NCBI GenBank assembly: GCA_900757145.1
Contig: CAAEMT010000003.1
Span: 1,718 to 65,717, forward strand
Direction: 5' to 3'
DNA length: 64,000 nucleotides
From: Lachnospiraceae bacterium
GTDB lineage: Bacteria; Bacillota; Clostridia; Lachnospirales; Lachnospiraceae
Every line of letters starts with the position of its first letter. Positions within the stretch are counted from its first letter, which is position 1. Shown piece by piece: positions 10,070 to 19,778 of the stretch. The position numbers and the translations under genes were made by a program. The notes below the pieces were generated by a model that was not told where the DNA came from, ran no database searches, and saw nothing but the letters and a program-made list of their open reading frames with translations.

Positions 10070-10595
10070 AATCTAAACAATATTTAAACAAAAGCAAACT
10101 TGTGCTTGCGAGTGTCGAAACGTTTGTTATAATAAAAATAGATTAGATGTTAAGGGGAGAAGTAATAATTGCTGATGAAATGAAAGGCGATAAACTTCAA
10201 ACAGGAAAAAAGATACAAAGTTTAATGGAGAAAAATGGAGTTTATACGTGGAGAGAAAAGAACGAAAAGGAAATATCTGATTTACATAAAAGTACGATTT
10301 TTCCGATTTTATTACTATTGCAAATTCTAAAAAGCGGAAAGATAAACTTATGGTAGGTATTTTTCAAGATGGTACATTTGCGTTGAATACAAGTTTGCAA
10401 AAACATCTGTTAAAAAGAAATGTGGAAATAAAGTTGAAAAAAGATTGTTCTCAGTTGGCGATTATTAAAAATGGCAATGCAAGCATAGACTTAGGAAAAA
10501 ATGGAAGGATAAAAAATTATGATATTTAAAAAAAATTGGAAAAATAAAAAATAGTATCAAAGAAATAAAAGATTATTGCAAGGAGGGGAGGTTTT

Positions 10596-12062
10596 ATGGC
10601 AATACGATCAATAGAGTATCTGCAAAGTCTAGTACGAGAACTTACAAAATTGCCGGACGAGACTGAGTGGATAGAATTCAAATGTAATAATAAGCAACCA
10701 CAAATGATTGGTGAATATATTTCTGCTTTAAGTAATTCAGCAGCATTGTGTGAACGACCGAAAGCTTATTTAGTTTGGGGCGTGGATGCTACAACACACA
10801 AAATTGTAGGCACTGAATTTCAATATCGCAAAATGAAAAAGGGGAATGAAGAATTGGAAGCATGGCTTTCAAGGATGATTTCACCAAGGATTAATTTTCG
10901 CTTTTTTGAAGTCCCGATGGATGAAGGTACAGTTGTGCTGATGGAGATTCCCTCTGCAGAAAAACAACCGGTGCAGTTTGCTGGCGGGGAATATATAAGA
11001 ATTGGAACGAACAAAAAGAATTTAAAAGAGTATCCGGATAAAGAAAGAGAGTTATGGCGAACATTTGATTCCACACCATATGAACTGCGAATTGCAATGG
11101 GTAATTTAGATGAGGATGAAATGGTGTCATTGCTGGATTATTCTAAGTATTATGACAAACTTGAAGTGCCAATCCCGAGAAATCGAGATACGGTATTAGA
11201 AGACCTGCAACATGAAAAGTTTATTAAGAAAAATGACGCCGGTACATGGGATATCACGAATATGGGTGCATTGATGATCGCAAAAGATTTGAAGAAATTT
11301 GAATCTTTGCATAGAAGAACTGTTAGGGTGATATGGTATAAAGAAAATTCCAGGTTGGATGCTATAAGAGAAAAAGAATTTTGTTCAGGCTACGCATTTT
11401 CACATGAAGAAATTGTGCAGTATATTATGACAATTATTCCACAAGAAGAAGTCATTGTAGAAACTACCAGAAAATCTGTTGTCAGCTTTCCCGAAATTGC
11501 TATACGAGAGTTGCTGGCAAATGCTATGATACATCAGGATCTTCAGCAAAGGGGTACGAATCCAATGGTGGAGGTGTTTAAAAATCGTATTGAGTTTTCA
11601 AATGCCGGAGCGCCATTGGTGGCAATTGAAAGAATTGTAGATTCGGTGCCAGTATCCAGAAATGAAAACATTGCCGGCTTCATGCACAAATGCGGTATTT
11701 GTGAGGAACGTGGCAGTGGTTATGATAAGATTGTTGAAGCAACAGGTAAAAATGAGTTGCTTGCTCCGAGAATTGAAAATCAGAACAACCAATTCACAAA
11801 AGCAATATTGTTTGCAAAAGTATCATTTGAATTAACTACGAAAGAAGACCGGATGCGGACTTGTTATATGCAGGCATGTCTGGCATATGTCAACTTTGAA
11901 GGGATTTCTAATTCAGATATTCGAAAAATATTTGGACTGGGAGAAAAAGAGAAGGCCAAGGCATCGAGACTTCTTACCAGTGCTGTTGAAGGTGGATATA
12001 TTAAAGTAATGGATCCGGATACTGCACCGAGGTATAAAAAGTATATTCCATATTGGGCATAA
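10596..12062 (+). CDS. Schlafen/AlbA_2 domain + HATPase_c_4-type domain + C-terminal HTH protein
   Basis: ETEWIEFK, YISALSNS, LVWGVD (AlbA_2), AIRELLANAMIHQD, SRNENIA, CEERGSG. AT-rich, strong RBS. Confidence 0.85.
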   Translation: MAIRSIEYLQSLVRELTKLPDETEWIEFKCNNKQPQMIGEYISALSNSAALCERPKAYLVWGVDATTHKIVGTEFQYRKMKKGNEELEAWLSRMISPRINFRFFEVPMDEGTVVLMEIPSAEKQPVQFAGGEYIRIGTNKKNLKEYPDKERELWRTFDSTPYELRIAMGNLDEDEMVSLLDYSKYYDKLEVPIPRNRDTVLEDLQHEKFIKKNDAGTWDITNMGALMIAKDLKKFESLHRRTVRVIWYKENSRLDAIREKEFCSGYAFSHEEIVQYIMTIIPQEEVIVETTRKSVVSFPEIAIRELLANAMIHQDLQQRGTNPMVEVFKNRIEFSNAGAPLVAIERIVDSVPVSRNENIAGFMHKCGICEERGSGYDKIVEATGKNELLAPRIENQNNQFTKAILFAKVSFELTTKEDRMRTCYMQACLAYVNFEGISNSDIRKIFGLGEKEKAKASRLLTSAVEGGYIKVMDPDTAPRYKKYIPYWA

Positions 12063-12127
12063 TTTAAGTTTCGCTAAGTTTCACTTATATAAGCATGTGA
12101 GAGAATTTTAATAGAAAAATATGTAAA

Positions 12128-12170
12128 AAAGGCACTGAAAACAATGCATTATCGGTTTTACAGTGCCTTT
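12128..12170 (+). terminator. Hairpin downstream of the AlbA_2 gene
   Basis: aaaggcactg...cagtgccttt inverted repeat. Confidence 0.55.
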
Positions 12171-12399
12171 ACATTGAGTAAAGAGAAAAAATACAATAAA
12201 TTTAAGTTTTGCTAAGTTTCATTAAGCTTGATTTGAGAGGTTCGCCATTGTGGTAATAATGCGATATTTGTTGCTGTATGAATAGGGACAATGACGTTAC
12301 ATCCTCCCTATTGATTTTGTGATAACAAGATAACGTCCTACATTTTAAAACAACAGTTTTATGGGAAAATTGAAGTAAAAAGGTCAAAAAGTTTGTAGC

Positions 12400-12452
12400 A
12401 ATGATTTGACATCCTCGGGGCGTTGTGTGTGCGGAACAGCCTGCCTGTATAG
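12400..12452 (+). repeat. attR-like junction: 18-bp arm plus duplicated protease 3' end (GALCVRNSLPV*)
   Basis: 12417-12445 matches 9564-9592 at 26/29 nt, first 15 nt identical, in-frame TAG at 12450-12452. Confidence 0.85.
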
Positions 12453-12490
12453 AGATCATAGTACAGGTAATAACACACAAAAAATAATCA

Positions 12491-12519
12491 TTGACACTAT
12501 TGAAATTGTGCAATATAAT
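12491..12519 (+). promoter_or_regulatory. sigma-A promoter of the gcv operon
   Basis: TTGACA-17 bp-TATAAT. Confidence 0.85.
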
Positions 12520-12545
12520 GTAAACACACTAAGTAAATACGTCGA

Positions 12546-12720
12546 ATGAAGAATCTGGAAGAGATCATACGTATTATTTTGCTCGTATGACGCCGAAGGT
12601 GAAGTCGCGGGAAACTCTCAGGCAAAAGGACTGGATTCAGACGACACTCTGGAAAGGGCAAGTTCACCGACGAAGCAACTCTGCATCCGCAGAGCTAATC
12701 TTTCAGGTAAAGAGACAGAG
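12546..12720 (+). ncRNA. Tandem glycine riboswitch
   Basis: Aptamer 1 GGAAGAGA..CGCCGAAGG..AAACTCTCAGGC..AGGAC; aptamer 2 CTCTGGAAAG..CACCGACGAAGCAA..AATCTTTCAGGT..GACAGAG; upstream of gcvT. Confidence 0.95.
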
Positions 12721-12754
12721 GCGCACAGGATAGTTTATTCTGTGTGCCTTTTTT
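12717..12754 (+). terminator. Glycine riboswitch expression-platform terminator
   Basis: agaggcgcacagga / ttctgtgtgcc-T6, overlapping the 3' strand of aptamer 2 P1. Confidence 0.85.
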
Positions 12755-12859
12755 ATGTCATAGGAAAGCTCTTGTCCCGCTGATGCGCGAAAGTATTTCC
12801 GTGATACAAAAATTAAGGTTCTGTCCCTTTATTCCGGAGCCGTGGGGAAGGAGTGAAAA

Positions 12860-13948
12860 ATGGAATTAAAAACACCTTTGTATGAAACGCATGTACAGCA
12901 CAAAGGAAAAATCGTACCCTTTGCAGGGTATTTGCTTCCGGTGCAGTATGAATCCGGTGTGATCGCAGAGCATATGGCAGTCCGTACTGCCTGCGGTATG
13001 TTTGATGTATCGCACATGGGAGAGATCCTGTGTGAAGGCAGCGATGCCGTGAAAAATCTTAACTATCTGCTGACAAATGATTATACGTCCATGTATGACG
13101 GACAGGCGAGGTATAGTCCGATGTGTAATGAGCATGGAGGCGTAGTGGATGATTTGATCGTCTATAAGGTCAGAGAGGATCATTATTTTATCGTTGTCAA
13201 TGCAGCAAATAAGGATAAGGACTTTGCGTGGATGAAGGATCACGCATTCGGCGATGTGACATTTACGGATATTTCTTCTTCGGCAGCGCAGATTGCTCTT
13301 CAAGGCCCAAAAGCAGAGACTATTCTGCGGAGGCTTGTACCGGATGAAATGATTCCGAAGAAATATTACAGCTGTAAATTTGACGGCGAGATAAACGGAA
13401 TCAAATGTATTATATCCAGAACAGGTTATACGGGAGAGGATGGATTTGAGTTTTATCTTGCAGCAGAAGAGGCACAGAGGCTGTGGGAGCTTCTGCTTGA
13501 GACGGGAAAGGATGAGGGCGTGATCTGCTGCGGGCTTGGGGCGCGAGATACGCTGCGTTTGGAAGCATCCATGCCGCTGTACGGGCATGAGATGACAGAC
13601 GATATTACGCCGTTTGAAGCGGGGCTCGGCTTTTTTGTGAAGATGGAAAAAGAAGATTTTATCGGAAAAAAAGCGCTGGAAGAAAAGGGTGCTCCAACAC
13701 AGAAGAGAGTAGGTTTAAAAGTAACCGGAAGGGGGATTATCCGCGAGCATTGTGACATCTATGCGGATGGAAGGAAAGTTGGAGTGACGACTTCAGGTAC
13801 GCATTGTCCATATCTGAAAGCGCCGCTTGCGATGGCCATTGTCGATCGCGCATATGTACAGCCGGGAACACAGGTAGAAGCAGATGTAAGAGGCAGGAGG
13901 GTTGCTGCCGAAATAGTCAGCCTCCCGTTTTATAAAAGAGAAAAGTAA
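12860..13948 (+). CDS. gcvT: Glycine cleavage T protein (aminomethyltransferase)
   Basis: LKTPLY, MFDVSHMGE, SRTGYTGEDGFE, GLGARDTLRLEA. Confidence 0.97.
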   Translation: MELKTPLYETHVQHKGKIVPFAGYLLPVQYESGVIAEHMAVRTACGMFDVSHMGEILCEGSDAVKNLNYLLTNDYTSMYDGQARYSPMCNEHGGVVDDLIVYKVREDHYFIVVNAANKDKDFAWMKDHAFGDVTFTDISSSAAQIALQGPKAETILRRLVPDEMIPKKYYSCKFDGEINGIKCIISRTGYTGEDGFEFYLAAEEAQRLWELLLETGKDEGVICCGLGARDTLRLEASMPLYGHEMTDDITPFEAGLGFFVKMEKEDFIGKKALEEKGAPTQKRVGLKVTGRGIIREHCDIYADGRKVGVTTSGTHCPYLKAPLAMAIVDRAYVQPGTQVEADVRGRRVAAEIVSLPFYKREK

Positions 13949-14018
13949 GGAAACCATTACAACCTGAATTGAAATTATATTTATCAAAAATTTTATGAAA
14001 ATTATGGAGGAAAATAAA

Positions 14019-14402
14019 ATGAAGCATCCGGAGAATCTTGTATACAGCAGATCACATGAATGGGTAAAATTTATCGATGAAACGACAGCTCTGATCGGAA
14101 TCACAGACTATGCGCAGGATGCGCTTGGTGATCTGGTATTTGTAAATCTACCTGAGGTCGGAGATGAGGTGAGATCAGGAGAGCCGTTCGGTGATGTAGA
14201 GTCGGTAAAGGCAGTCTCTGATATTTTTTCACCGGTAACGGGTACGGTAGCTGAGATTAATGAGGATCTTTTGGATGCGCCGGAAAATCTGAACGAGGAT
14301 CCGTACGGTGCATGGATGATTAAAGTGGAAAATATCACAGATAAGGAAGAATTACTTGATGCGGCAGCATACATCGCATTCTACGAGAGTGAGGAAGCAT
14401 AA
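14019..14402 (+). CDS. gcvH: Glycine cleavage H protein
   Basis: SHEWV, GITDYAQDALGD, lipoyl-Lys in ESVKAVSD. Start after GGAGG. Confidence 0.97.
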   Translation: MKHPENLVYSRSHEWVKFIDETTALIGITDYAQDALGDLVFVNLPEVGDEVRSGEPFGDVESVKAVSDIFSPVTGTVAEINEDLLDAPENLNEDPYGAWMIKVENITDKEELLDAAAYIAFYESEEA

Positions 14403-14494
14403 GGACAGAACCCGCGGGTGAGCGGACCGGGTAAAAGTACAGAGATGGTAAGCACAGGGCTTGAAAGAGCCGGGGAAGGAAGGGGGACTCCATC

Positions 14495-15811
14495 ATGGGA
14501 TCTTTTTTGCCGAATACCGCAAAGGAACAGCAGGAAATGCTTGAGGAGATCGGCTTTCACAGCTTTGAGGAGCTGTTTTCACATATTCCTGAGCAGGTGA
14601 AGCTAAAGGAGCTGAATCTGCCGGGAGGACTTTCAGAGATGCAGGCGTTCGACCGCATGGAGGAGCTTGCACAGAAAAACAGACAATTTCGCCATATTTT
14701 CCGCGGAGCCGGAGCGTACGATCATTATATACCGGCTATCGTAGGGAGCGTAATAGGAAAGGAACAGTTTGTGACTGCGTATACGCCTTATCAGGCAGAG
14801 ATCAGTCAGGGTATTTTGCAGTCTATTTTTGAGTACCAGACAATGATCTGTGAGCTGACAGGAATGGATGCTTCCAATGCTTCGGTGTATGACGGAGCGA
14901 CAGCGGCAGCGGAGGCCATCGCTATGTGCAGGGAGAGAAAACGGCGTACGGCATATGTATCAGCGGCAGCAAACCCAGAGGTAATAAAGGTAATAAAAAC
15001 ATACTGTTATGCCAGCAATACAGCAGTAGTGATGATTCCCGAAAAGGATGGCGTGACGGATGCGTGTGCGCTTCGCAAAGCGCTTAACGAGGAGAGTGCA
15101 TGTTTCTATATGCAGCAGCCGAATTTTTATGGAAATATAGAAGATGCGAAAGATCTTGGAGAGATCACACACGAGGCAGGTGCAAAGTTTATTATGGGAT
15201 GCAATCCAATTGCGCTTGCCATTTTACAGACACCGGGAGAGTGTGGGGCTGATGTTGCAGTAGGAGAAGGTCAGCCGCTTGGACTGCCGCTTGCATTCGG
15301 AGGTCCTTATCTTGGCTTTATGGCGGCGTCAGAGAAGATGGTACGCCGGCTTCCGGGAAGGATTGTCGGAGAAACTGTGGATCGCGAGGGAAATCGCGCG
15401 TTTGTACTGACGCTTCAGGCGCGTGAGCAGCATATCCGAAGAGAAAAGGCAAGCAGTAATATCTGCTCCAATCAGGCGCTTTGCGCTCTGGCGGCAGGTG
15501 TTTATATGGCAGCGATGGGAGAGAATGGCATGACTCAGGCTGCACAGCTTTGCGTATCAAAAGCACATTATCTGCAGAAGGTTCTCGACCAGGCAGGGCT
15601 GCATCCGAAATATGACGTGCCGTTTTTCCATGAGTTTGTAACGGTTGCGCAGGGCAGGACGAATGACGTGTTAAAGGCATTAGAGGAGAAAGGCATTCTT
15701 GGTGGATATCCGCTTAATGAAGATGAAATTCTCTGGTGTGCGACGGAAAAGAGCTCCAAGGAGACAATGGATCAGGTGGCTCTGATCGTAAAGGAGGTGT
15801 GCGGTTCATGA
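14495..15811 (+). CDS. gcvPA: Glycine decarboxylase P protein subunit 1
   Basis: YTPYQAEISQG, LQAREQHIRREKASSNICSNQAL. Confidence 0.97.
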   Translation: MGSFLPNTAKEQQEMLEEIGFHSFEELFSHIPEQVKLKELNLPGGLSEMQAFDRMEELAQKNRQFRHIFRGAGAYDHYIPAIVGSVIGKEQFVTAYTPYQAEISQGILQSIFEYQTMICELTGMDASNASVYDGATAAAEAIAMCRERKRRTAYVSAAANPEVIKVIKTYCYASNTAVVMIPEKDGVTDACALRKALNEESACFYMQQPNFYGNIEDAKDLGEITHEAGAKFIMGCNPIALAILQTPGECGADVAVGEGQPLGLPLAFGGPYLGFMAASEKMVRRLPGRIVGETVDREGNRAFVLTLQAREQHIRREKASSNICSNQALCALAAGVYMAAMGENGMTQAAQLCVSKAHYLQKVLDQAGLHPKYDVPFFHEFVTVAQGRTNDVLKALEEKGILGGYPLNEDEILWCATEKSSKETMDQVALIVKEVCGS

Positions 15812-17238
15812 AGCTGATATTTGAGAGGGGAAAAGAAGGACAGGGATGTACTCTGCTTCCGCCGAGTGATGTTCCGGAAGTAATGCTCGATGTACCAAAA
15901 CGTAAAAAACAGCTCCATCTTCCGCATGTATCGGAAAATGAGCTGAGCCGTCATTATACGGAGCTTGCAAAGCAGGTTCATGGGGTGAACGATGGATTTT
16001 ATCCGCTTGGCTCGTGCACAATGAAATATAATCCGAAAGTAAATGAACGGGCAGCAGCGCTTTCCGGTTTTACAGGAATCCATCCGCTCCAGCCGGGGCA
16101 TACCGTACAGGGATGTCTGGAAGTCCTAAAAGAAGCATCACAGATGCTCTGCGAGATCACCGGAATGGACAGTATGACGATGCAGCCTGCGGCAGGAGCA
16201 CATGGAGAATTTACAGGACTGCTTTTGATCAAAGCATACCATGACAGCAAAAAGGATACGGCGCGTACAAAGATTATCGTACCGGATTCTGCACATGGGA
16301 CAAATCCGGCCAGTGCAGCTATGCTTGGTTATGATGTGATCAGTATTCCATCAGGACCGGATGGGTGCGTAGATATAGAAAAATTAAAAGAAGCTGTTGG
16401 AGAGGATACGGCAGGACTGATGCTGACCAATCCGAATACGGTAGGTTTGTTTGATAAGAATATCCTGGAGATTACGTCTATCGTTCATGAGGCAGGCGGT
16501 CTGACCTATTATGACGGCGCAAACTTAAATGCTGTCATGGGACTTGTGCGTCCGGGGGATATGGGATTTGACGTTGTACACCTGAATCTGCACAAGACAT
16601 TTTCGACTCCTCATGGAGGAGGAGGTCCGGGAAGCGGACCGGTCGGATGCAAAGCATTTCTGGCTGAGTTTTTGCCGGGGCTTGTGCCGGTGCAGAAGGA
16701 AGATGGACTTTACATGGAAGCACAGGAACATTCTGTCGGCAGCGTAAAAGCTTTTTATGGAAACTTCCTTGTCGTAGTTCGTGCTATGACGTATATTCTG
16801 ATGCTTGGTCGGGAAGGTATTCCGGCGGCAGCGAAAAATGCAGTTCTCAATGCTAATTATATGATGCATAAACTGAAAGATATCTATCCGATGGCATATG
16901 ATGAAACGTGTATGCATGAATTTGTCATGAGTCTGGAGAAAATGAAGCATGAGATCGGTGTTTCTGCAATGGATATTGCGAAATCACTGCTTGATTATGG
17001 GATCCATCCGCCTACCATGTATTTTCCGCTTATTGTTCACGAGGCGCTGATGGTAGAGCCAACGGAGACAGAAAGCAGAGAAACGCTGGATGAAGTGATT
17101 GCAGTGTTTAGTGAGATCTATGAAAAGGCAGTAAAAGATCCGGAGGCACTGCATGAAGCACCTGTAAAAACGTATATTAGAAGACCGGACGAGGTACGTG
17201 CGGCAAGGAAAGCGATACTTAGATGGTTACAAGACTGA
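15808..17238 (+). CDS. gcvPB: Glycine decarboxylase P protein subunit 2
   Basis: YPLGSCTMKYNP, HLNLHKTFSTPHGGGGPG. ATGA overlap with the gcvPA stop. Confidence 0.97.
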   Translation: MKLIFERGKEGQGCTLLPPSDVPEVMLDVPKRKKQLHLPHVSENELSRHYTELAKQVHGVNDGFYPLGSCTMKYNPKVNERAAALSGFTGIHPLQPGHTVQGCLEVLKEASQMLCEITGMDSMTMQPAAGAHGEFTGLLLIKAYHDSKKDTARTKIIVPDSAHGTNPASAAMLGYDVISIPSGPDGCVDIEKLKEAVGEDTAGLMLTNPNTVGLFDKNILEITSIVHEAGGLTYYDGANLNAVMGLVRPGDMGFDVVHLNLHKTFSTPHGGGGPGSGPVGCKAFLAEFLPGLVPVQKEDGLYMEAQEHSVGSVKAFYGNFLVVVRAMTYILMLGREGIPAAAKNAVLNANYMMHKLKDIYPMAYDETCMHEFVMSLEKMKHEIGVSAMDIAKSLLDYGIHPPTMYFPLIVHEALMVEPTETESRETLDEVIAVFSEIYEKAVKDPEALHEAPVKTYIRRPDEVRAARKAILRWLQD

Positions 17239-18263
17239 GTGTTTATGAGACGGACGGTACCGATCCGTACCGTAATCTCGCAATTGAGGAGTTTTTGACG
17301 TATCATGTACAGCCTTCAGAGTGTATTTTGTATTTGTGGCAGAATCAGCGAACGGTAGTGATAGGAAAGAATCAGAATGCGTGGAAAGAGTGTAATATAG
17401 AGCTTCTGGAAGCAGAGGGCGGGCATCTTGCCCGCCGTACTTCCGGCGGTGGAGCGGTTTTTCATGACTTGGGAAATCTGAATTTTTCGTTTTGTGTACG
17501 AGAAGAAGATTACAATGTGGAGCGTCAAAGTGAAGTGATCCTGCGCGCTGTAAGGAGTCTTGGAATACCTGCCCAAAGAACCGGGCGAAATGATATCGTT
17601 TCTGATGGACGTAAATTTTCCGGCAATGCTTTTTTGAAGGCAAAAGGCTGTTGCTGTCATCATGGTACGCTGCTGATCGGTGTCGATCAGCAGCAGATGG
17701 GGCGTTATCTGAATGTTTCAGCAGAGAAATTACAGGCAAAGGGTGTAGATTCTGTAAGAGCAAGGACAGTCAATCTACGGGAGCTTTTGCCAGGTCTTAC
17801 GATAGCGCAGATGAAGGAGGCGCTGCTGCGAGCGTTTTTAGATGTATATGGAACGGGGGATTTGGAACCGGGAGCCGGGATGCAGCCTTCTTTGCAGCAT
17901 TTCACAGACCGTCTCGACTGGGAGGAGATCGCACAGTATGAGCAGCGCCTTTCTTCCTGGGAATGGAAATACGGGAGAAAAATACCGTTTGAATATACAG
18001 TGTCACAGCGGTTTGCGTGGGGAGGGATAGAGCTTTGTTTTCAGGTGAACAGTGGAGTGATACAGGAAATAAAGGTCTATTCTGATGCAATGGAGGAGCA
18101 GATCGCCAGGCGTCTGGAAACGTGCTGGAAGGGATGCGCGTATCAGAAGGAGGCTCTTCTTGCGCGTCTGAATGAGATAAGGGTTGACCGTGAAAATGAA
18201 GCGGCTGACAGAGAGATCAAAGCAGATATAGGAAACATGATCCGTCAGGAAAATATTGGGTAA
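17223..18263 (+). CDS. lplA: Lipoate-protein ligase A
   Basis: RRTSGGGAVFHDLGN, GRNDI, KFSGNA, HHGTLL. Confidence 0.93.
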   Translation: MVTRLSVYETDGTDPYRNLAIEEFLTYHVQPSECILYLWQNQRTVVIGKNQNAWKECNIELLEAEGGHLARRTSGGGAVFHDLGNLNFSFCVREEDYNVERQSEVILRAVRSLGIPAQRTGRNDIVSDGRKFSGNAFLKAKGCCCHHGTLLIGVDQQQMGRYLNVSAEKLQAKGVDSVRARTVNLRELLPGLTIAQMKEALLRAFLDVYGTGDLEPGAGMQPSLQHFTDRLDWEEIAQYEQRLSSWEWKYGRKIPFEYTVSQRFAWGGIELCFQVNSGVIQEIKVYSDAMEEQIARRLETCWKGCAYQKEALLARLNEIRVDRENEAADREIKADIGNMIRQENIG

Positions 18264-18339
18264 TACTGGTACAACGAATAAAAATTAACTGCCGTATTTG
18301 TTGTATCAAGGAGTCTTTCAGGCAACGAGAGGATAAGAA

Positions 18340-19761
18340 ATGGAACAGATATTTGATTTAGTAATCATCGGCGGCGGCCCCGCTGGATATGAAGCGGCGC
18401 TTGAAGCTGCAAAATACAGGATGAAGACGGCGCTTATAGAAAAGGACAAAATCGGCGGAACCTGTCTGAACAGGGGATGCATTCCGACAAAGACTTTGCT
18501 TCACTCCTGTGAGCTGTACGCTCAGATGAAAAAATGCAGTGCCTTTGGCATACACAGTGATGAGGTGCGATGCAGTATGGAGGAGATACAGGAGCGCAAA
18601 GATGAGGTGCTGGGAACGCTTCGCGATGGGATACTTTCACTGATGAAAAAAAATAAAATTACGGTGTACAGCGGATGCGGCAAGCTTCTGGATGCAAATC
18701 ATGTACAGGTATGCTCGGAAAATGAACTGGATCCTGACGTGGTTTTGGAAACAAAAAATATTTTGATCGCGTCAGGTTCCGTACCGGCGATGCCTCCGAT
18801 TCCCGGAATTCATCTTCCAAATGTCCTGACCAGTGACGAACTGCTCGATAAAAAGGATGTATTTGCGAGCCTGACGATTATCGGTGGCGGTGTGATAGGA
18901 ATGGAGTTTGCGGCAATTTACAGCGCGCTTGGCTGCAAGGTGACAGTGATCGAGTTCCTTGACCGTATTCTTGCAAATATGGATAAGGAAATTTCTCAAA
19001 ACCTGAAGATGATCCTGAAAAAGCGCGGCGTTGACATTTTTACGGGAGCAAGGGTGGAAGAGATCTTGCCGGATGAAAGCGGACAGCTGATCTGCCGCTA
19101 TCGGGAAAAGGATGTTTTGAAGGAAGCTGTCTCTGAGGGAATTTTAGCGGCTGTCGGGCGCAGAGCATATGCGGAAGGATTATTTTCTGATGTGTTTGTG
19201 TGTAAAAGTGAAGAGGATATGAACATATCGGATGGGAAATTGTTTATAAAGACAGAGCGTGGCTGCATCTGTGTGGATAACTTTGGCCGTACAAGCATTC
19301 CCGGTATTTACGCTGCGGGTGATGTGACGGGAGGCGTGATGCTGGCTCATGCGGCAACGGCGCAGGCAGTGAATGCAGTCTGCCATATGGCAGGAGGAGC
19401 GCCTGTATTCTCGATGGACTGTATACCGGGCTGTGTATATACTGATCCGGAGATCAGCAGCGTCGGCATGACGCAGGATGAGGCGAAGAAGGCAGGGATT
19501 CATGTGATTGTCAAAAAATATCCGATGTCTGCAAACGGGAAAACGGTACTCTCATCGCAGGAGCGTGGTTTTATTAAGGTGGTAGTTGATGAAGAGAGCC
19601 GCAGAATACTCGGCGCGCAGATGATGTGCGCCCGCGCGTCTGATATGATCAGTCAGTTTACTGCTGCGATCGTAAGCGGTCTGACACTGGAGCAGATGGC
19701 GTCTGTGATATATCCGCATCCGACGTTTAGCGAAGGAATAGGGGAGTGTGTCAGAGCGTAA
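18340..19761 (+). CDS. lpdA: Dihydrolipoyl dehydrogenase (GCS L protein)
   Basis: GGGPAG, GGTCLNRGCIP, GGGVIGMEFA, HPTFSE. Confidence 0.95.
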   Translation: MEQIFDLVIIGGGPAGYEAALEAAKYRMKTALIEKDKIGGTCLNRGCIPTKTLLHSCELYAQMKKCSAFGIHSDEVRCSMEEIQERKDEVLGTLRDGILSLMKKNKITVYSGCGKLLDANHVQVCSENELDPDVVLETKNILIASGSVPAMPPIPGIHLPNVLTSDELLDKKDVFASLTIIGGGVIGMEFAAIYSALGCKVTVIEFLDRILANMDKEISQNLKMILKKRGVDIFTGARVEEILPDESGQLICRYREKDVLKEAVSEGILAAVGRRAYAEGLFSDVFVCKSEEDMNISDGKLFIKTERGCICVDNFGRTSIPGIYAAGDVTGGVMLAHAATAQAVNAVCHMAGGAPVFSMDCIPGCVYTDPEISSVGMTQDEAKKAGIHVIVKKYPMSANGKTVLSSQERGFIKVVVDEESRRILGAQMMCARASDMISQFTAAIVSGLTLEQMASVIYPHPTFSEGIGECVRA

Positions 19762-19778
19762 AAATAAATAGAAATTAT

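Noticed and set aside
10034..10146. VECV/VETF words resembling rlmD 3'-end integration scars
   Set aside because: The 10037 segment is better explained in another frame as a copy of the protease 3' end, and the second match is too short.
10147..10356. 69-aa ORF in the AT-rich tract
   Set aside because: Only a faint resemblance to an XRE-HTH N-terminus (DKLQTGKKIQSLMEKNG); could be a decayed gene but cannot be supported as a CDS.
14418..14600. 60-aa ORF between gcvH and gcvPA
   Set aside because: Overlaps gcvPA out of frame and has no recognisable features.
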